Shown here: positions 1 through 12,535 of the stretch, one piece after another
How positions within the stretch are numbered: position 1 is the first letter of the stretch
Layout: each line of letters starts with the position of its first letter
Source: the human T2T-CHM13v2.0 reference genome, Homo sapiens
NCBI RefSeq assembly: GCF_009914755.1
Contig: NC_060928.1
Strand: one strand, 5' to 3'
DNA: 64,000 nucleotides
Translations under genes and position numbers: made by a program
Notes under the pieces: generated by a model
The model's input: only the letters and a program-made list of their open reading frames with translations
Databases searched by the model: none
What the model was told of the DNA's origin: nothing

Positions 1-1103
1 GGAAAAAATATCCTAAAATTCATACGGAACCAAAAAAGAACTTGAATAGTCATAACCAAAGCAATTCTAAGCAAAAAGAAAAAACTAGAGGCATCAGATT
101 TTCTGACCTCAGATTACACTACGAGGCTAGGGTAACTAAAAACAGCATGATACTGGTACAAAAATAGACACATAGATCAATGGAATAGATAATGCAGAAA
201 TAAAGCTACATTCCTACAATGAACTGATCATCAACAAAGCTTAAAAATATATAAATATTGAAAATACAAAAATTGAAAAGGACATGCCATTTAATGAATT
301 GTTCTGGGAAAATTGGATTGCCATATGTACAAGAATGAAAGTAATCTCACCATATACAAAATTAAATATTGAAACTATAAAAATCTCAGAAGAAAATCTA
401 GGAAAAACTCTTGTGGACATCAGCCTACACAAAGAATTTATAACTAAGAACTCAAAAGCAAATGCAACAAAAATGAAAATAGACAAATGGAACTCAGTTA
501 AATAAAAAGTTTCTGCACAGCAAAAGATATAATTAACAGAGTAAACAGACAGCCTACAAAATGGAAGAAAATATTTGCAAACTGTGCATCCCAAAAATAC
601 CTAATATCCAGAATCCACAAGGAACTCAAAGAGCTCAACAAGAAAAAAACAAACCCATTAAAAGTGGGCAAAGGACATGAACAGACATTTCTTGGAAGAA
701 GAAGACATATATGCAGCAAACACATGACAAAATGCTCCGCATGACTAATCATCAAAAAAATGCAAATTAAAACCACAGTGAGAATCATCTTACACCAGTC
801 AGAATGGCTTTTATTAAAAAGTCAAAAAATAACAGCTGTTGGTGAGGATGCAGAGAAAAGGGAACACTTATGCTGTTGGTGGGAATGTAAAATAGTACAA
901 CTCCTATTTGGAGATTTCTCAAAGAACTAAAAATGGAACTACCATTTGACCCACCAACACCATTACTAGGTATCTATCCAAAGGAAAATAAATTGTTAAA
1001 TCAAAAAGACAACTGTACTTGTATGTTTATTGCTGCACTTCTCACAGTAGCAAAGTCATGGACTCGATCTAAGTGTTCATCAACACATGATTAGATAAAG
1101 AAA

Positions 1104-1143
<40 letters not shown>

Positions 1144-1530
1144 TATATATATATGCCCTGGAATACTACTCAGCCATAAAAAAGAATGAAATCATGTATT
1201 TTGCAACATGAATGGAGCTGGAGGTCATCCTTCCAAGAAAAATAACTCAGAAACAGAGTCAAGTACCACATGTTCTCACTTATAAGTGGGAGCTAAACAG
1301 TGAGTACACATGGACACATAGTGGGAAATAACAGATATTGGGGACTTCAAGAGGGAGGTGGGTGGGAAGGAAGGTGGAGGGCTGACAAATTACTTACTGG
1401 GTCAATGTTCACTATTCAGGTGATAGGAACAGTAGAGGCTCAAACCTCACCATTATGCAATAGATTCACATAACAGACCTTCACAGGTACACCCTGCATG
1501 TATAAAAATAAAAAATTAAATAAAAACAAT
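1..1530 (+). mobile_element. LINE-1 3' portion (ORF2 C-terminus + 3'UTR), old primate L1PB/L1MA-like, degenerate
   Basis: Typical L1 3' motifs (ctaatatccagaatc, atgcaaattaaaaccac, ttctcacttataagtgggagctaaac); ORF fragment 284-505 resembles the ORF2 C-terminus; A-rich tail at ~1503-1530. Confidence 0.93.
1106..1154. repeat. (TG)n/(TA)n microsatellite inside the L1 3' end
   Basis: Seen directly. Confidence 0.95.
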
Positions 1531-1838
1531 AAATGCAAGAGCAAGAAATGGTGCAGTATAGAACTCCAAAAATTTATAACTCCACTAATACAACAGTTAG
1601 CCTATGAAAATTGTCACAGTCAACTTTGGGGAAACTACAGAATACAATAAATACCAAACAATAACCATGGTGTGCTTACTGCAGAAAAATGCTACTGAAT
1701 CTTGTTAAGAAAATTTTATTACATTATTTCTGACTTCCTAAAGAATTCCCCATTTCTCAGCTTAGATATGGGCAATTGAGCAGTGGCTCCGATTTCTGCT
1801 GTGGCTTCCTGGTGCCATAAATGTAAATAAAGATCTTG

Positions 1839-1862
1839 TCTCTCTCTCTCTCTGTATGTATG

Positions 1863-1914
<52 letters not shown>

Positions 1915-1965
1915 CTTACATACACATATAAATATATGTGTATATATTTTTATATATACATATAA
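1839..1965. repeat. Compound (TC)n-(CA)n-(TA)n microsatellite
   Basis: Seen directly; CA run at ~1866-1908. Confidence 0.95.
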
Positions 1966-2490
1966 CTCAGTCATTATAGTATAAACCTCTTGTTAATAGA
2001 CTCATGTTGTAAGTGGTTGCCATTTAAACAAGGTACTAACTTTTATTTTGTTTTTGCTGCTGCCATTTTATCTGCCACCACTACACTTTGGAAATAATTC
2101 CCTGCCTTTATTTTATCTTTTGTTGGGACAAAATGGGAAAATGTTGCATTTTAGTAGCTCTTCTCATTCAACTATTGGGTATTACTTATTTCCAGTGGAA
2201 ATAAAAGGTATTTTGGAGGATATTTAGTTTATTCTTATTTCATTTTTCCCAAATTATTTATGATTTGATGTCTCATATCTATTAGGAATATTCAGAGAAA
2301 CATAACAGAATACTGATGAACAATAGCTTGAGCAACTGAATTTTATTATTACTTGATAACAGATATTTCAGAGGAACGCTGATTAGTATATCTGCTAAAT
2401 GATGTCACGGCTGACACCTCTTCCTTCTCTTGATCTTTCCCTCATGACTAGAAGATGCCATCACAGCTCCAACAGAAAATTAGAATTTTC

Positions 2491-2586
2491 AGGAGGCGGA
2501 GCTTGCAGTGAGCCGAGATCGCGCCACTGCACTCCAGCCTGGGCGACAGAGCGAGACTCCGTCTCAAAAAAAAAAAAAAAAAAAAA
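2491..2586 (+). mobile_element. 5'-truncated AluY (end of right arm + poly-A) with 16-bp TSD
   Basis: ggaggcggagcttgcagtgagccgagatcgcgcc...gagcgagactccgtctc with the AluY-diagnostic 'gagcttgcag'; TSD AGAAAATTAGAATTTT at 2474-2489 and 2586-2601. Confidence 0.95.
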
Positions 2587-2955
2587 GAAAATTAGAATTT
2601 TTTTTGGTGAAAGTGAATAGCCCAAAAGAATACATCCCCAGGTACTAAGCTTTTATAATTCACTCATAAAATACCTAAGCATCTGCCCATAATAAAACAA
2701 TTAACAAACTCTGTTTACATCCAAAGAACTGTTCTAGTACATCACCCTTAAATGTGAGCTATCAATGAACATTTGAAAAAAGCTTATAAGAGGAAAAGAT
2801 TACTATAAAAACGTGAGATTACTTGGTATTTCTCAAACTGCCTGGTAGTTATATGGGGTTCAGTTATTCTTTAATTTATATATAGATAATACACAAACTT
2901 ATATGTATCCATTATTCATTTGACATTGAAACACATGTTTAAAAAGAGTTTGATG

Positions 2956-3260
2956 GGCTGGGTGTGGTGGCTCACGCCCGTAATACCAGCACTTTGGGAG
3001 GCCGAGGCAGGGGCATTATTTGAACTCAGGAGTTTGTGAGCAGCCTGAGCAACACGGTAAAACCCAGTCTCTAATAAAATACAAAAAATTAGCGGGGAAT
3101 GGTGGTGTGCGCCTGTAGTTCCAGCTACTCGGGAGGCTGAGGCAGGAGAATCGCTTGTACCCAGGAGGCGGAGGTTGTAGTGAGCCGAGAGCCGAGATCA
3201 TGCCACTGCACTCCAGCCTGGGCAACAGAGCGAGACTCTGTCTCAAAAAAAAAAAAAAAA
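2956..3260 (+). mobile_element. Full-length AluS
   Basis: Both arms, A-rich linker and poly-A tail; 7-bp internal duplication gagccga at ~3182-3197. Confidence 0.95.
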
Positions 3261-3589
3261 TTTCGATGGTAGTATAGAGAGGAAGGCCAGCATCAACGCA
3301 CCCTGTTTTCTGTATTAGTAAAACAGTCTTTCATCTCTACACTTACTAGGTGATGAGGCTATAGGAGGGAATAAATAGCTTTTGCTGCTTCTGTGCTGGA
3401 GGCAGGTGAGGGAGAAGAGAGTTATGACTGGTGTTTCCTGAGCAAAATGACAGTGTTTGCCACAAGGGCTCATATGGATTCCTAACTTAACTTGCAGCCC
3501 AAGTTATGGAGTCTGCAACCAAGTGAACCAGACTGCTTAAAAGCTCCTGAATCCTCACAAATTTGATTCCAAACATTCCTCGCTAATCG

Positions 3590-3945
3590 TGTTCCCTTTG
3601 CTTAGAATATCCCTCACTGCTTTCTCTACCTTTAGAAATTGTACTCAATGCTCAAGACCCAGAAACTGTCAAAGAGAAACTTCCACATTAACACCTCACC
3701 TCCTCCATGAACACTTCCCAATCTTACTCATTACTCTTGGTTAGAATTTCTCTCTTCTTTCTTTAAGATATTACTGAGTTTTTTAAAGTGGCTTTTAAAA
3801 TGTTTTATGTTCTGATATGTATTAAGGTGATTTGTCTGTATTTATTATCATTCTCACTAGACTGCAAGCTCTGTAAAGTTGGTCTTTTTTTCTGCTTATC
3901 TCTTCCAAATCACATTACGAAGTGCTTGGCACATAGCAAATGCTC
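3590..3945 (+). mobile_element. L2 3' fragment
   Basis: ctagactgcaagctc...gtgcttggcacatagcaaatgctc resembles the L2 3' terminus. Confidence 0.65.
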
Positions 3946-4750
3946 TTTTTTGTTTTTCTCAAAAAAAATTGTTCAATTGGATGCATCTTAACCAGAAACT
4001 TGATTTATATTTAAAAACACTTCTTTGGGAAGAAATGAAAAAATATAGGTATATATTTGTCATTTGTAAGGCTTCTATGAATGCTTAGGTTAAATTTATC
4101 CACTTAGGTACTCTTATTTAATTTTCTTCCTTAAAAAATGTGAGTAGTAGACACTTATCCTTGCATAATTTCAAGCACTTCAGTTACTGAAACTATGAGT
4201 GGATGATTTACAAAAGGAAACACCAATTTGATTCATCTTTTTTTGCTCAGTCTCGAGGTTGACTGTGCTTTTCAGGTAGATGGCCTGTTGAACAGGGTTT
4301 TAGAGTTCCCCACTGACACAGAAGTCAGAGACATTCTGTAGTGACTGCATCTGTAGATGATAAATAATGCCAGAATCCACGCTGCCTTTATATGTCTTTT
4401 TTGAACACAGACTAACCTTTAAAGCTATAAGTTACAATTTCCCACTGTCTAGTTAGCTGCCAACAACAGGATGGGTCCCCTGTGTTCAGCTGAACTAACC
4501 GAAATTCTAAAGTTCAAAAAAAAGAGATGGAGTTTCTTGCTTTAATGTTGTCTTCTACTTTTCCCTTTCATTTTTTAAAATCTTATAGTTACATCTTGGA
4601 GTTCCGTGGCTTGTTGCGCATTGCTGAACATTCAATGCCCAGGGTAAGGTAAACACAATCCTTTATAATCCTTCCCCAATCCTTTTTGATTAAATATGTT
4701 CCACGACTCTGTCTAAGTGAGTGCAAAGGGGCCAGTAAAGCTGCTTCAGC

Positions 4751-4908
4751 TTAATTGTTGTTGGCATTCTTTTTCACTTGGGGCCTTAATGGGAAGCTTC
4801 TCTTTGACATTTTTTTTTTAGCAGTAAAACTGCCGTGAATTCCCATATACTTTGTAGGAATGTTTCCATTAGTTTGAGAGTCTATATTTTCCCCTCTAAA
4901 GTAACTGC
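4751..4908 (-). other. Candidate exon of a minus-strand transcript (downstream boundary unknown; end set at the in-frame stop)
   Basis: Strong acceptor on the minus strand, ctgattttcattttgtttttAG|gcag (AG at 4910-4909), with a branch-like ctgat; flanking sequence is not a recognisable repeat. Confidence 0.35.
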
Positions 4909-5950
4909 CTAAAAACAAAATGAAAATCAGTGTTAGGAATTCTTGATGAGAATCACAGGGCACCAGATGCCATCGTTATAATTTTTAAATGTTCCAGGAT
5001 ACTTCTGAGAATAAAAGAAGTAATATGTGTTTAAGTATTTTAAGGATACATAGAATGTATTTATATGCATGTATATTAGATACAGCAAAATTTTAATATT
5101 AAAATTTTATTGAAATTAGATTTATACTATATAGACATATATGACCTAAAATTTTCATTTGTTTAAATAATTTGTTGGTTTGTAATAGAAATTACTTCTT
5201 TATTTGATAATTTAAAAAAATTTTAGCAAAATGGGTAAAGGACTTCAGTCAAACGTGTCACTCTACAAAAATAAGAAAATATTCAAGTGGCATGAATCAG
5301 TATTAAACAAAGTACATACTTATTCTAACTCAAGTTTGTGTTAGACTCAGTCAATCCAAAAAGTATCAGAAGGCCAGAACTTTCTAGATAATCGAAAATG
5401 TATTAAGGCGTCACTTTAGTCTACTTAACTATAAATTGTACTAACTATGGAAGTCTGTAAAACGATTTAGCTTTTCTTTTTAACATTTTGCTTACAATTC
5501 TTCCATACTGTATATATGAATGCTTTTGAAAATTTTAGCACCTGTTCTATTTAAAAGTTTAGTTTAGCTCCTAAAGTATCTTCTTATCCATTAACATAAT
5601 CAAAGTGTTAGCTGAATACAATTTTGCCTAGAACAATGATTCAAAGGCCTACTGAATTTTTAAAGGGCTGCTTATACTGACACCTTCTAATTAGAAGCTT
5701 CTTTTATCAGAATACTAAGCAAAGTTGATGTCCTCAAGTTTTTTTTCCTTACATACCTAGTTACCTACAAAAAGTTACAATACTCACTTATTGTAAACCT
5801 AAATTTCTAGTTCTATTTAGAAATATTTCTTTAAGAGGGGTTTATGATTAGCTTCTAAAGTATATTTTTAAAAACAATTATTTATATAAATTAAAAAACA
5901 TGACATATTATAACCAGTCTATGAAAATACCATTAGAGATGTTTTCTTAC

Positions 5951-6070
5951 CCAAATTGCTATGGTTCCACTCTTATTTGTCCATGTGAACTCTAACTTTC
6001 CGAATCGCTCCTTAGCAACAGCTTCTCAGTCCGTTGCTCAGCTCGTAGCCCTGTTACCCAGGCAGAGCCT
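5951..6070 (-). promoter_or_regulatory. Candidate promoter/first exon with clustered RFX X-box-like motifs and a 5' splice donor
   Basis: cgctccttAGCAAC (6006-6019), GTTGCTcagc (from 6033), GTTACCcaGGCAga (6053-6066); 4 CpGs in 6001-6045 in otherwise CpG-poor DNA; minus-strand donor TGG|GTAAGA at 5951/5950. Confidence 0.45.
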
Positions 6071-7009
6071 TTTGTTTCTGTTCTTTCCTCATATCATAAT
6101 ATGTTACTAAGTTTTTGCTGAAATTCAGCCAAGCCCTTTCACCCTACAAGCCAGAAGCCCTCCAATGTTTAGCAATGGAATTTTTAATGACTTTTCTAAA
6201 TACCGCTCTGGAAGTCAAAGTCATTTCCAAAGCCAGAGAAGTTCTTCTGGTTTTTGCCACCTCATAGAACATAAATCCTCTTCTATTCCCACCTTCCAGG
6301 GAACAGAACTCCCAGACGATGGGCCAGCTTCCTTTTTAAATTTTCAATGAAAAAAGGGGATGTAGTTTTTTCTGTTTGTTTGCCTTTTTTCTTTTTCTTT
6401 TTTTTTTTTTGGTGACAACATCCATTTTAGGAAGTTTCTAAAACTATTAATATTGCAAAGAGGCCTGTAAAATTCAAAGGCAACTGATGATATTTTTTGA
6501 GATGAGGAAAGAGACAGTTGCTTTCATTAAAGCTTTGACCTTGATATTTAATTCTTCATAATATCAGACTAACTAGGAGAAGTCAATATTAGAAAATGAC
6601 ATTAGACCTACTGGAATGTGTTCAAATAGTGGTGTAATGTAGACACTTACTTTCACAGAAAATGATTTATCCTAGCACTTTCAATAATGACCGTCAAATT
6701 ATGTATTTTATCTTTGAATGGTAATGTAATACGAAGACATTTTTGTTATTGCAAGTAATATTAAAATGTGAAAGGTCTTCATGACAAAGTCAACTTAATT
6801 CTGCAGAATGAGTAAATAGACAAACATAATTCTTTGAATTATGAAGGTAAAATTGAAATTACAAGTAAATATGGATTCCATATCTTAGAGCCATCAGTAA
6901 TTATCTAAGATATAATTAGGGAGAAAAAGGGTTATTTTGGTGTTTCGTGATTCTGTTGATTTTGGAATTTGCAGTTATACTAAATACTAAAGAGACACAA
7001 TAAATAAGT

Positions 7010-7265
7010 GTATCCCATTTGTCATGTCTCTTTAATATTCTTTAATTTGGAACAGGCAAGCTCTTCTTTAGAATATTTTATAATTTGGATGTTTCTGATG
7101 TTTCTCATGATTTAATTCAGCTTATTTTGTTTTGGGGAGAAATCTCACAAATGTGATGTCAAGTCTTTGTCAGTGCATTGTATCAGAAGGCATATGCTAT
7201 TGAGTTGTCCTATTACTGTTTATGTTAATTTTGATGGCTTAGTTAAGGTGGTATCTGTTGGGTTT
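7010..7265 (-). mobile_element. Old L1MC/L1ME 3' fragment
   Basis: cagtgcattgtatcagaaggcata...gttaattttgatggcttagttaaggtggtatctg matches antisense L1MC4/ME-type sequence. Confidence 0.7.
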
Positions 7266-8219
7266 GGAAAGCTTCTTTCAAGTTTTATTTTACTGTACAA
7301 ACTTGAGGTTTACATGTACCTTGTCACCAGATTTTAAGAGTTGACCATTTTAAATGGCTTCAGTGGTGAAATATAAACAGATGAAAATTTATGGTTTTAA
7401 AATCGAATTATAATTTAAGAGAAAAGAACCATAAAAATACGAGTCTCAATCATTAGGTAGTCAGCTCCCCCAAATTGGGGATTCTTTCCTATCGTGCAGG
7501 GATCAAACTGGTTGTTTGCTATTCCAGGTACAAGCTCACTTTATTGAATATGTTCTTAATCATCTTGTCCAATATCTACCTGGAAGTCTAATAATTACAG
7601 CGACTACACAAACAGTACAATCATGAATGTAACAAAAAACGTAGTGTTTGTCTCTCATTTGATTTTTAATTTTCTTCTCTTCTTTTATGTTTATTTTGTG
7701 GGGGTAGGTAGTCTATGTCTATCTAGTCTCTGGATAAAAACTTGAGTGGGTCTCAGATTTTCTTTGGTTACTGTTAAGCAATAAAAAATGTCTATGATTC
7801 TTTTAATTCAAGAAAACAGTTTTATTTCAGTAACCAAATGTCTGGTACTTTGTAGTAAACACCATGAACAGGGGTTAAAATAAGTCTTTTCTCTTCTCAG
7901 GGTTTTCGTAATGAGTTGTTGAAGTCAAGAAAAGGATAGATTTTTTTTTGCTCACTCAGCAGTTTTACTTCCTATCTTCCATATTGCTAGATGAAATTTC
8001 TAAATTTACTAAGCTTATATCAAATAGAGGTTGAAGCAGGGTTTGAGTAGGTAGAGGGAGATAAGCAGAGCAGGAAAGTGTTTACTCAAGGGTGATTTTG
8101 GTAGTGATCTAGCATCAATGCACTTGGTTCATGGTAGATATTTATAGTTCATTATATCAGTCATGGATGTCTTCATGAATTCTTTGGAAACATCCACTAT
8201 GAAGATTCTCCATTAGTGC

Positions 8220-8505
8220 CTTATTTGAGTCATGATTATTTTAAATTATCTGTTCACTTTTTTCCCTAACATTTGTGTTATATCTGAGTCTGGTTCTGTC
8301 CCTTGGCAGTGTCTTGTTCCTCTTGCTTTTTTGTATGCCTTGTAAACTTTCTGTTTTCTTTTTTTGAAAGCCAGAAATTGTAGGATTGTAGAAACTAAAA
8401 TAAATGGTCTTAATTTCTAAAGTTGTATGCATTTTCTTCTGATAGGTCTTTAATTTGGGTGTTTGAGTTCATCTATCCAGGGATTGCTATATTGTTAGTG
8501 CCCCA
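8220..8505 (-). mobile_element. Old L1M 5'-region fragment
   Basis: tctgagtctggttctg...ttttttgtatgccttgtaa...gaaagccaga resembles antisense L1M 5'/ORF1-start sequence. Confidence 0.5.
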
Positions 8506-8665
8506 GCCACCTCCCATACACAAATGTTAACTATTTATGGAGAAAGATAGCATAATCCTAGACTTTCAATTATTTTCACTATTTTTCAGATACAATACTC
8601 TGACCATGAAAAACAATCAAGTGAAGCCTAGGACAACTTGAGCAACCAAAAGAAGTAATAATATC

Positions 8666-9029
8666 TGCTATGGTTTAAATGTGTTCTCCAAATTTCATGT
8701 GTTGGAAACTCAATACCCAAGTATATATCCTGATAGCATTTGGAGGTAGAGTATTTAAAGGTAATTAGGATGATAAAGTCATCCGGATGGGGAACCCATG
8801 ATGAGGTTGATTGCTTTGTTCAGGAACAGAGACCTGAGCTGGCACACATTTGCCCTTTTGCCATGTGATGCTTCTGCCATGTTATGATGCTGCAAGAAAA
8901 GCCTCACCAGATGTGATCTCTCTACTTTGGACTTCCCAGCCTCCAGAACTGTAAAACATAAATTGATTTTCTTTATAAATTGTTCAGTCTGTGGTACTCT
9001 GTTATAGCAACAGAAAATGGACTAAGAAA
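8666..9029 (+). mobile_element. MaLR solo LTR, MST family (MSTB/C/D-like)
   Basis: Starts tgctatggtttaaatgtg, ends gttatagcaacagaaaatggactaaga; 5-bp TSD ATATC at 8661-8665 and 9030-9034. Confidence 0.9.
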
Positions 9030-9284
9030 ATATCCAAAAAAACATCTCCAGAAAGACTCTAGATAGTAGAATTATCAGACACAGGCTTAAAAATAATTAT
9101 ATTTGCCTGCTTACAGTTATAAAAGACAATTTTAACAGAGGATTGAAAAGAAAAACAAAAAGGACAAAACATTTTTGAAATGATAATATATTAATTATAA
9201 AGCTAAACAAATTTATAATTACTATAATATAGTAATTACAAACGTAAAAAAATACATAATCAAAAGTAAAACTCCATAAAACAC

Positions 9285-10276
9285 ACCTGTAGCAATGATC
9301 ATGTGCAGTACCAGGATACTGGCTTCTAATATTTTTCTCCAATACAAGGAACCAGGGAACCTCAGAGAAGTGGCTAATTGTAGGGATGGTACAGGAAATA
9401 TACAAAATGAGCCTGGATCATCTTGTAGTGCCAGAATATAAGAAGACAGAAAATCAGCCAAACAGAAGGATGAGTATATTCAAAGGACACAGGAGCCAAA
9501 TAAAAGAGGTCCCAGTGGCAAAACTGGAACAATTTGAGCTACATGATAAATAAAATGGTATTGGATTAAAGCCCAAAGTATTAAATAAATATTTCTAATT
9601 CCATACCAATATAAAGGTATGATTGAATAGATAAATCAATGGGGAATAAGAGAGAAATCTTTCATGAAGAAGAATTTGGAATAATTTATTTAAATATTCT
9701 GCCCTAAAGGAAGTGGAGACTAATTCTTCAGTCTTTCAGTGTAGCCTGCACAGAGTGACTTCCTTTCCAAAAAGGAAAGGGGGTAAAGAGCCCTGACAAA
9801 TACTACTTCAGCCAGGCGGCGTTCAAGGTCAACATGAGAAGTTATAAAGCATGTTAATAATATGGACCCTTGATATGATGAAATGAAAATAGTACTTTAC
9901 CTGCGTGATCTAATAAGCCCTGTCTAAATATGAAATAAAATCCAAACATCAAATACATTCCACAGGGGCATCCTACAATATATTTGACTTCTCAAAACTG
10001 TCAAGGTCATCCAAAAGAAGAAACACTTGAGAAAATGTCACAGGCAAAGTAACTTAAGGATATATGAAAGTTAAATGTAATATGTTTTCCTGGATAGTAT
10101 CCTGGAAAAGAAAAGGGTGTTAGATAAAATCTTAGAAAATCTGAATAAACAATGAATGATAGTTAATAGTACGGTATCAATATTGGTTTATTAATTGTAA
10201 CAAATGTACCGTGTTAATATGTGGTGTTAATAAAATAGGAAACTGTAAATCTAAAACTGTTTTTTAAATTAAAATC
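9285..10276 (+). mobile_element. L1MC3/4-like 3' region
   Basis: caaaggacacaggagccaa, ctcaaaactgtcaaggtcatc, aatattggtttattaattgtaacaaatgtacc, tgtaaatctaaaactg. Confidence 0.8.
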
Positions 10277-10289
10277 TGTTAACAATGTA

Positions 10290-10584
10290 TTTTTTTTTTT
10301 TTTTTTGAGACAGAGTCTCGCTCTGTTTCCCAGGCTGGAGTGCAGTGGCGCAGTCGGCTCACTGCAAGCTCCGCCTCCCAGGTTCACGCCATTCTCCTGC
10401 CTCAGCGTCCCCAGCAGCTAGGACTACAGGTGCACGCCGCCACACCCTGTTAATTTTTGTATTGTTAGTAGAGATGGGGTTTCACTGTGTTAGCCAGGAT
10501 GGTCTCGATCTCCTGTCCTTGTGATCTGCCCGCCTCAGCCTCCCAAAGTGCTGGAATTACAGGTGTGAGCCACCGTGCCCGGCC
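10290..10584 (-). mobile_element. AluY-like, full length
   Basis: AluY diagnostics gcaagctccgcctccc, ttcacgccattctcc, tgttagccaggatggtctcg; TSD tgttaacaat at 10277-10286 and 10585-10594. Confidence 0.95.
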
Positions 10585-10599
10585 TGTTAACAATATTTT

Positions 10600-11250
10600 T
10601 AAACCTCAATAGATAGATCAGCAGATTTAATGTAGCTGAAAGAGAATATATAAACTGGAAGACAGAGCTGATGAAAATATGCAGAATAAAGCATAGATTG
10701 ACAAAGGGGTGGAAAATACAGAGGAGAAGGTGAGAAACACAGAGGATGGAGAGAAATATCTGAACTTAAATGAAATTAGGTTTCTAGGAGAAAAGCAGAA
10801 AAAGAAAAGGAATATAAGCAATGAATGATGAGAAATAATTAAGATTTTTCAGGACTGATATTAAGACACAGATTTGTTCTCTATTAACCCAAATCAATTT
10901 AAATATAAAGAAGGCTATACAACAAAAATTACCATGAAATTGCTGAAGAACAAAAACAAAGTGAAAATATTAGCAGTCAGAAAGGAGTACAATGCATATA
11001 CCATTTGGAAAGGAGTGACAAACTGAGCAGAATTCTCAGAGGAAATAACAGAAACCAGAAGACAATGTATTGATATTTTCTATGTGTTAAAAAATTAACT
11101 ACAAACCTATAAGTCTATATCTAATAATAAGTATCCTTTTAAGAATAAAAGTAAAATACAGATTTTTAAAGGACTTTTTAGTCCTTTAAAAGAAAACTGG
11201 CACCATCAGCTTCTCTTAAAGGGAAATACAAAAATGTATTTCTGGCATAT
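10600..11250 (+). mobile_element. Old L1ME/HAL1-like ORF1 region (host element interrupted by later insertions)
   Basis: A-rich ORF1-like sequence (agcagatttaatgtagctgaaagag, agaaaccagaagacaatg); similar sequence resumes after ~18020. Confidence 0.65.
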
Positions 11251-12535
11251 ATTGAAATCATGGAGGATGAGAGGCAGGACTAGACTGAAGCTCTGACTCG
11301 GCATTGGAACAGCGTGTGGAGGCTCACATCATGAATTTATGCTCCAGAACAACTGCAGGAATAAATCAGGTAACTTCAGAGGACCTACAGACCCCATGAA
11401 GGAGCCAGATTGCTCCTGCAAGACCCAGGAGACAACTCGAATACAGTGAGTATCCAAACGTAGAAGTGGGAAATGGAGATCGTCCACCCACAAATACTCA
11501 CCCCCACTGGGGAAACCAAAGGCTTAGACTATGGGAGAAGATTTTGACCTTACCTGAAGCTGAGTCAATTTAGAGAACTGAACAAAATACAGGGGTAGAG
11601 GAAGTAGTGGGAAAAGCCCTGGGACTTCACTGGGTCCCCTAGTAAGCTGTTTATGCTTGGCCTCACAGGGATCCTCCAGGATGGGGACAGAGGTGCTGGG
11701 AAAAGGCCACAGGGAGAAGGAAACCTCAGCTGAACTTTGCAACAATTTGAACTGATCAAGAAGTCTCCTGGCCAGAACTCGGGGGAGGGCATGAATCCAA
11801 TGTAGAGACTCCACAGGCTGAGGTAGAAGGAAAGCCATATTTGCTTTTGCAGCTGGGAGGCAGGTAGCCTGGGGCAAGTTCTCAGTCCTGCTCACCCACT
11901 GCCTGGGAACAGTCTTGGTGCTGTTGGGAGTGGGCATGGTGGGAGATAGACTTGCCCTTTGGATTGCGTGGGAGCTGGGTAAGGCCTGTGACTGCTGGCT
12001 TTCCCCCATTTCCCTGACAATCTTTGTGACGCAGTAAAGACAGTCATAATCATCCTAGGAACATAACTCCATTGACCCAGGAACCTCATCCCTCTCCGCT
12101 ATAGCAGCTGCAGCAAGACCCGCCCAAGGAGAGTCTGAGTTCAGACATGCCTAGCCCTGCCCCCACCCAATGGTCCTTCCCTACCCACCCTGGTAACTGA
12201 AGACAAAGGGCATACACTCTTGGGAGTTCTAGGCCCTGCCCACCGGCTGTTCCTCCCTGTACTACAACAGCTGATGCTTTCTGGAAAGTGCCACTTCCTG
12301 GTAGGAGGCCAACCAGCACCAAAATACTGCATTAAAACCACCAAAGCTAAGAACCTTCACAGAGTATATTTCCTTCCCCTGCAACTTCCACTGGAACAAA
12401 TGCTGGTATCCATGGCTGAGAGACCCACAGATGGTTCACATCACAGGACTCTGTACAGCCAATCCCCAGTACTAGCCTGGAGCCTGGTAGATTTGCTGGG
12501 TGGCTAGATCTGGAAGAGAGATAATAATCACTTCA

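Noticed and set aside
1719-1974. Cys-Val repeat ORFs (also 41566-41803)
   Set aside because: They are translations of (CA)n microsatellites.
3016-3246. Alu-derived ORFs (also 33040-33300, 36398-36684, 41226-41476, 61648-61925)
   Set aside because: Standard Alu translation artefacts (e.g. [15 protein letters not shown]).
4589-4643. Possible 55-bp plus-strand exon (ttatAG|ttac...agg|GTAAGG)
   Set aside because: Splice-like motifs are common in AT-rich DNA, there is no partner exon or frame support, and it lies in the path of the better-supported minus-strand candidate.
11524-12009. 161-aa minus-strand ORF, the longest in the track
   Set aside because: It lies wholly antisense in the L1PB 5'UTR and I recognise no protein domain. 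It is not the ORF0 described for younger L1PA elements and is most likely a chance ORF in GC-richer sequence.
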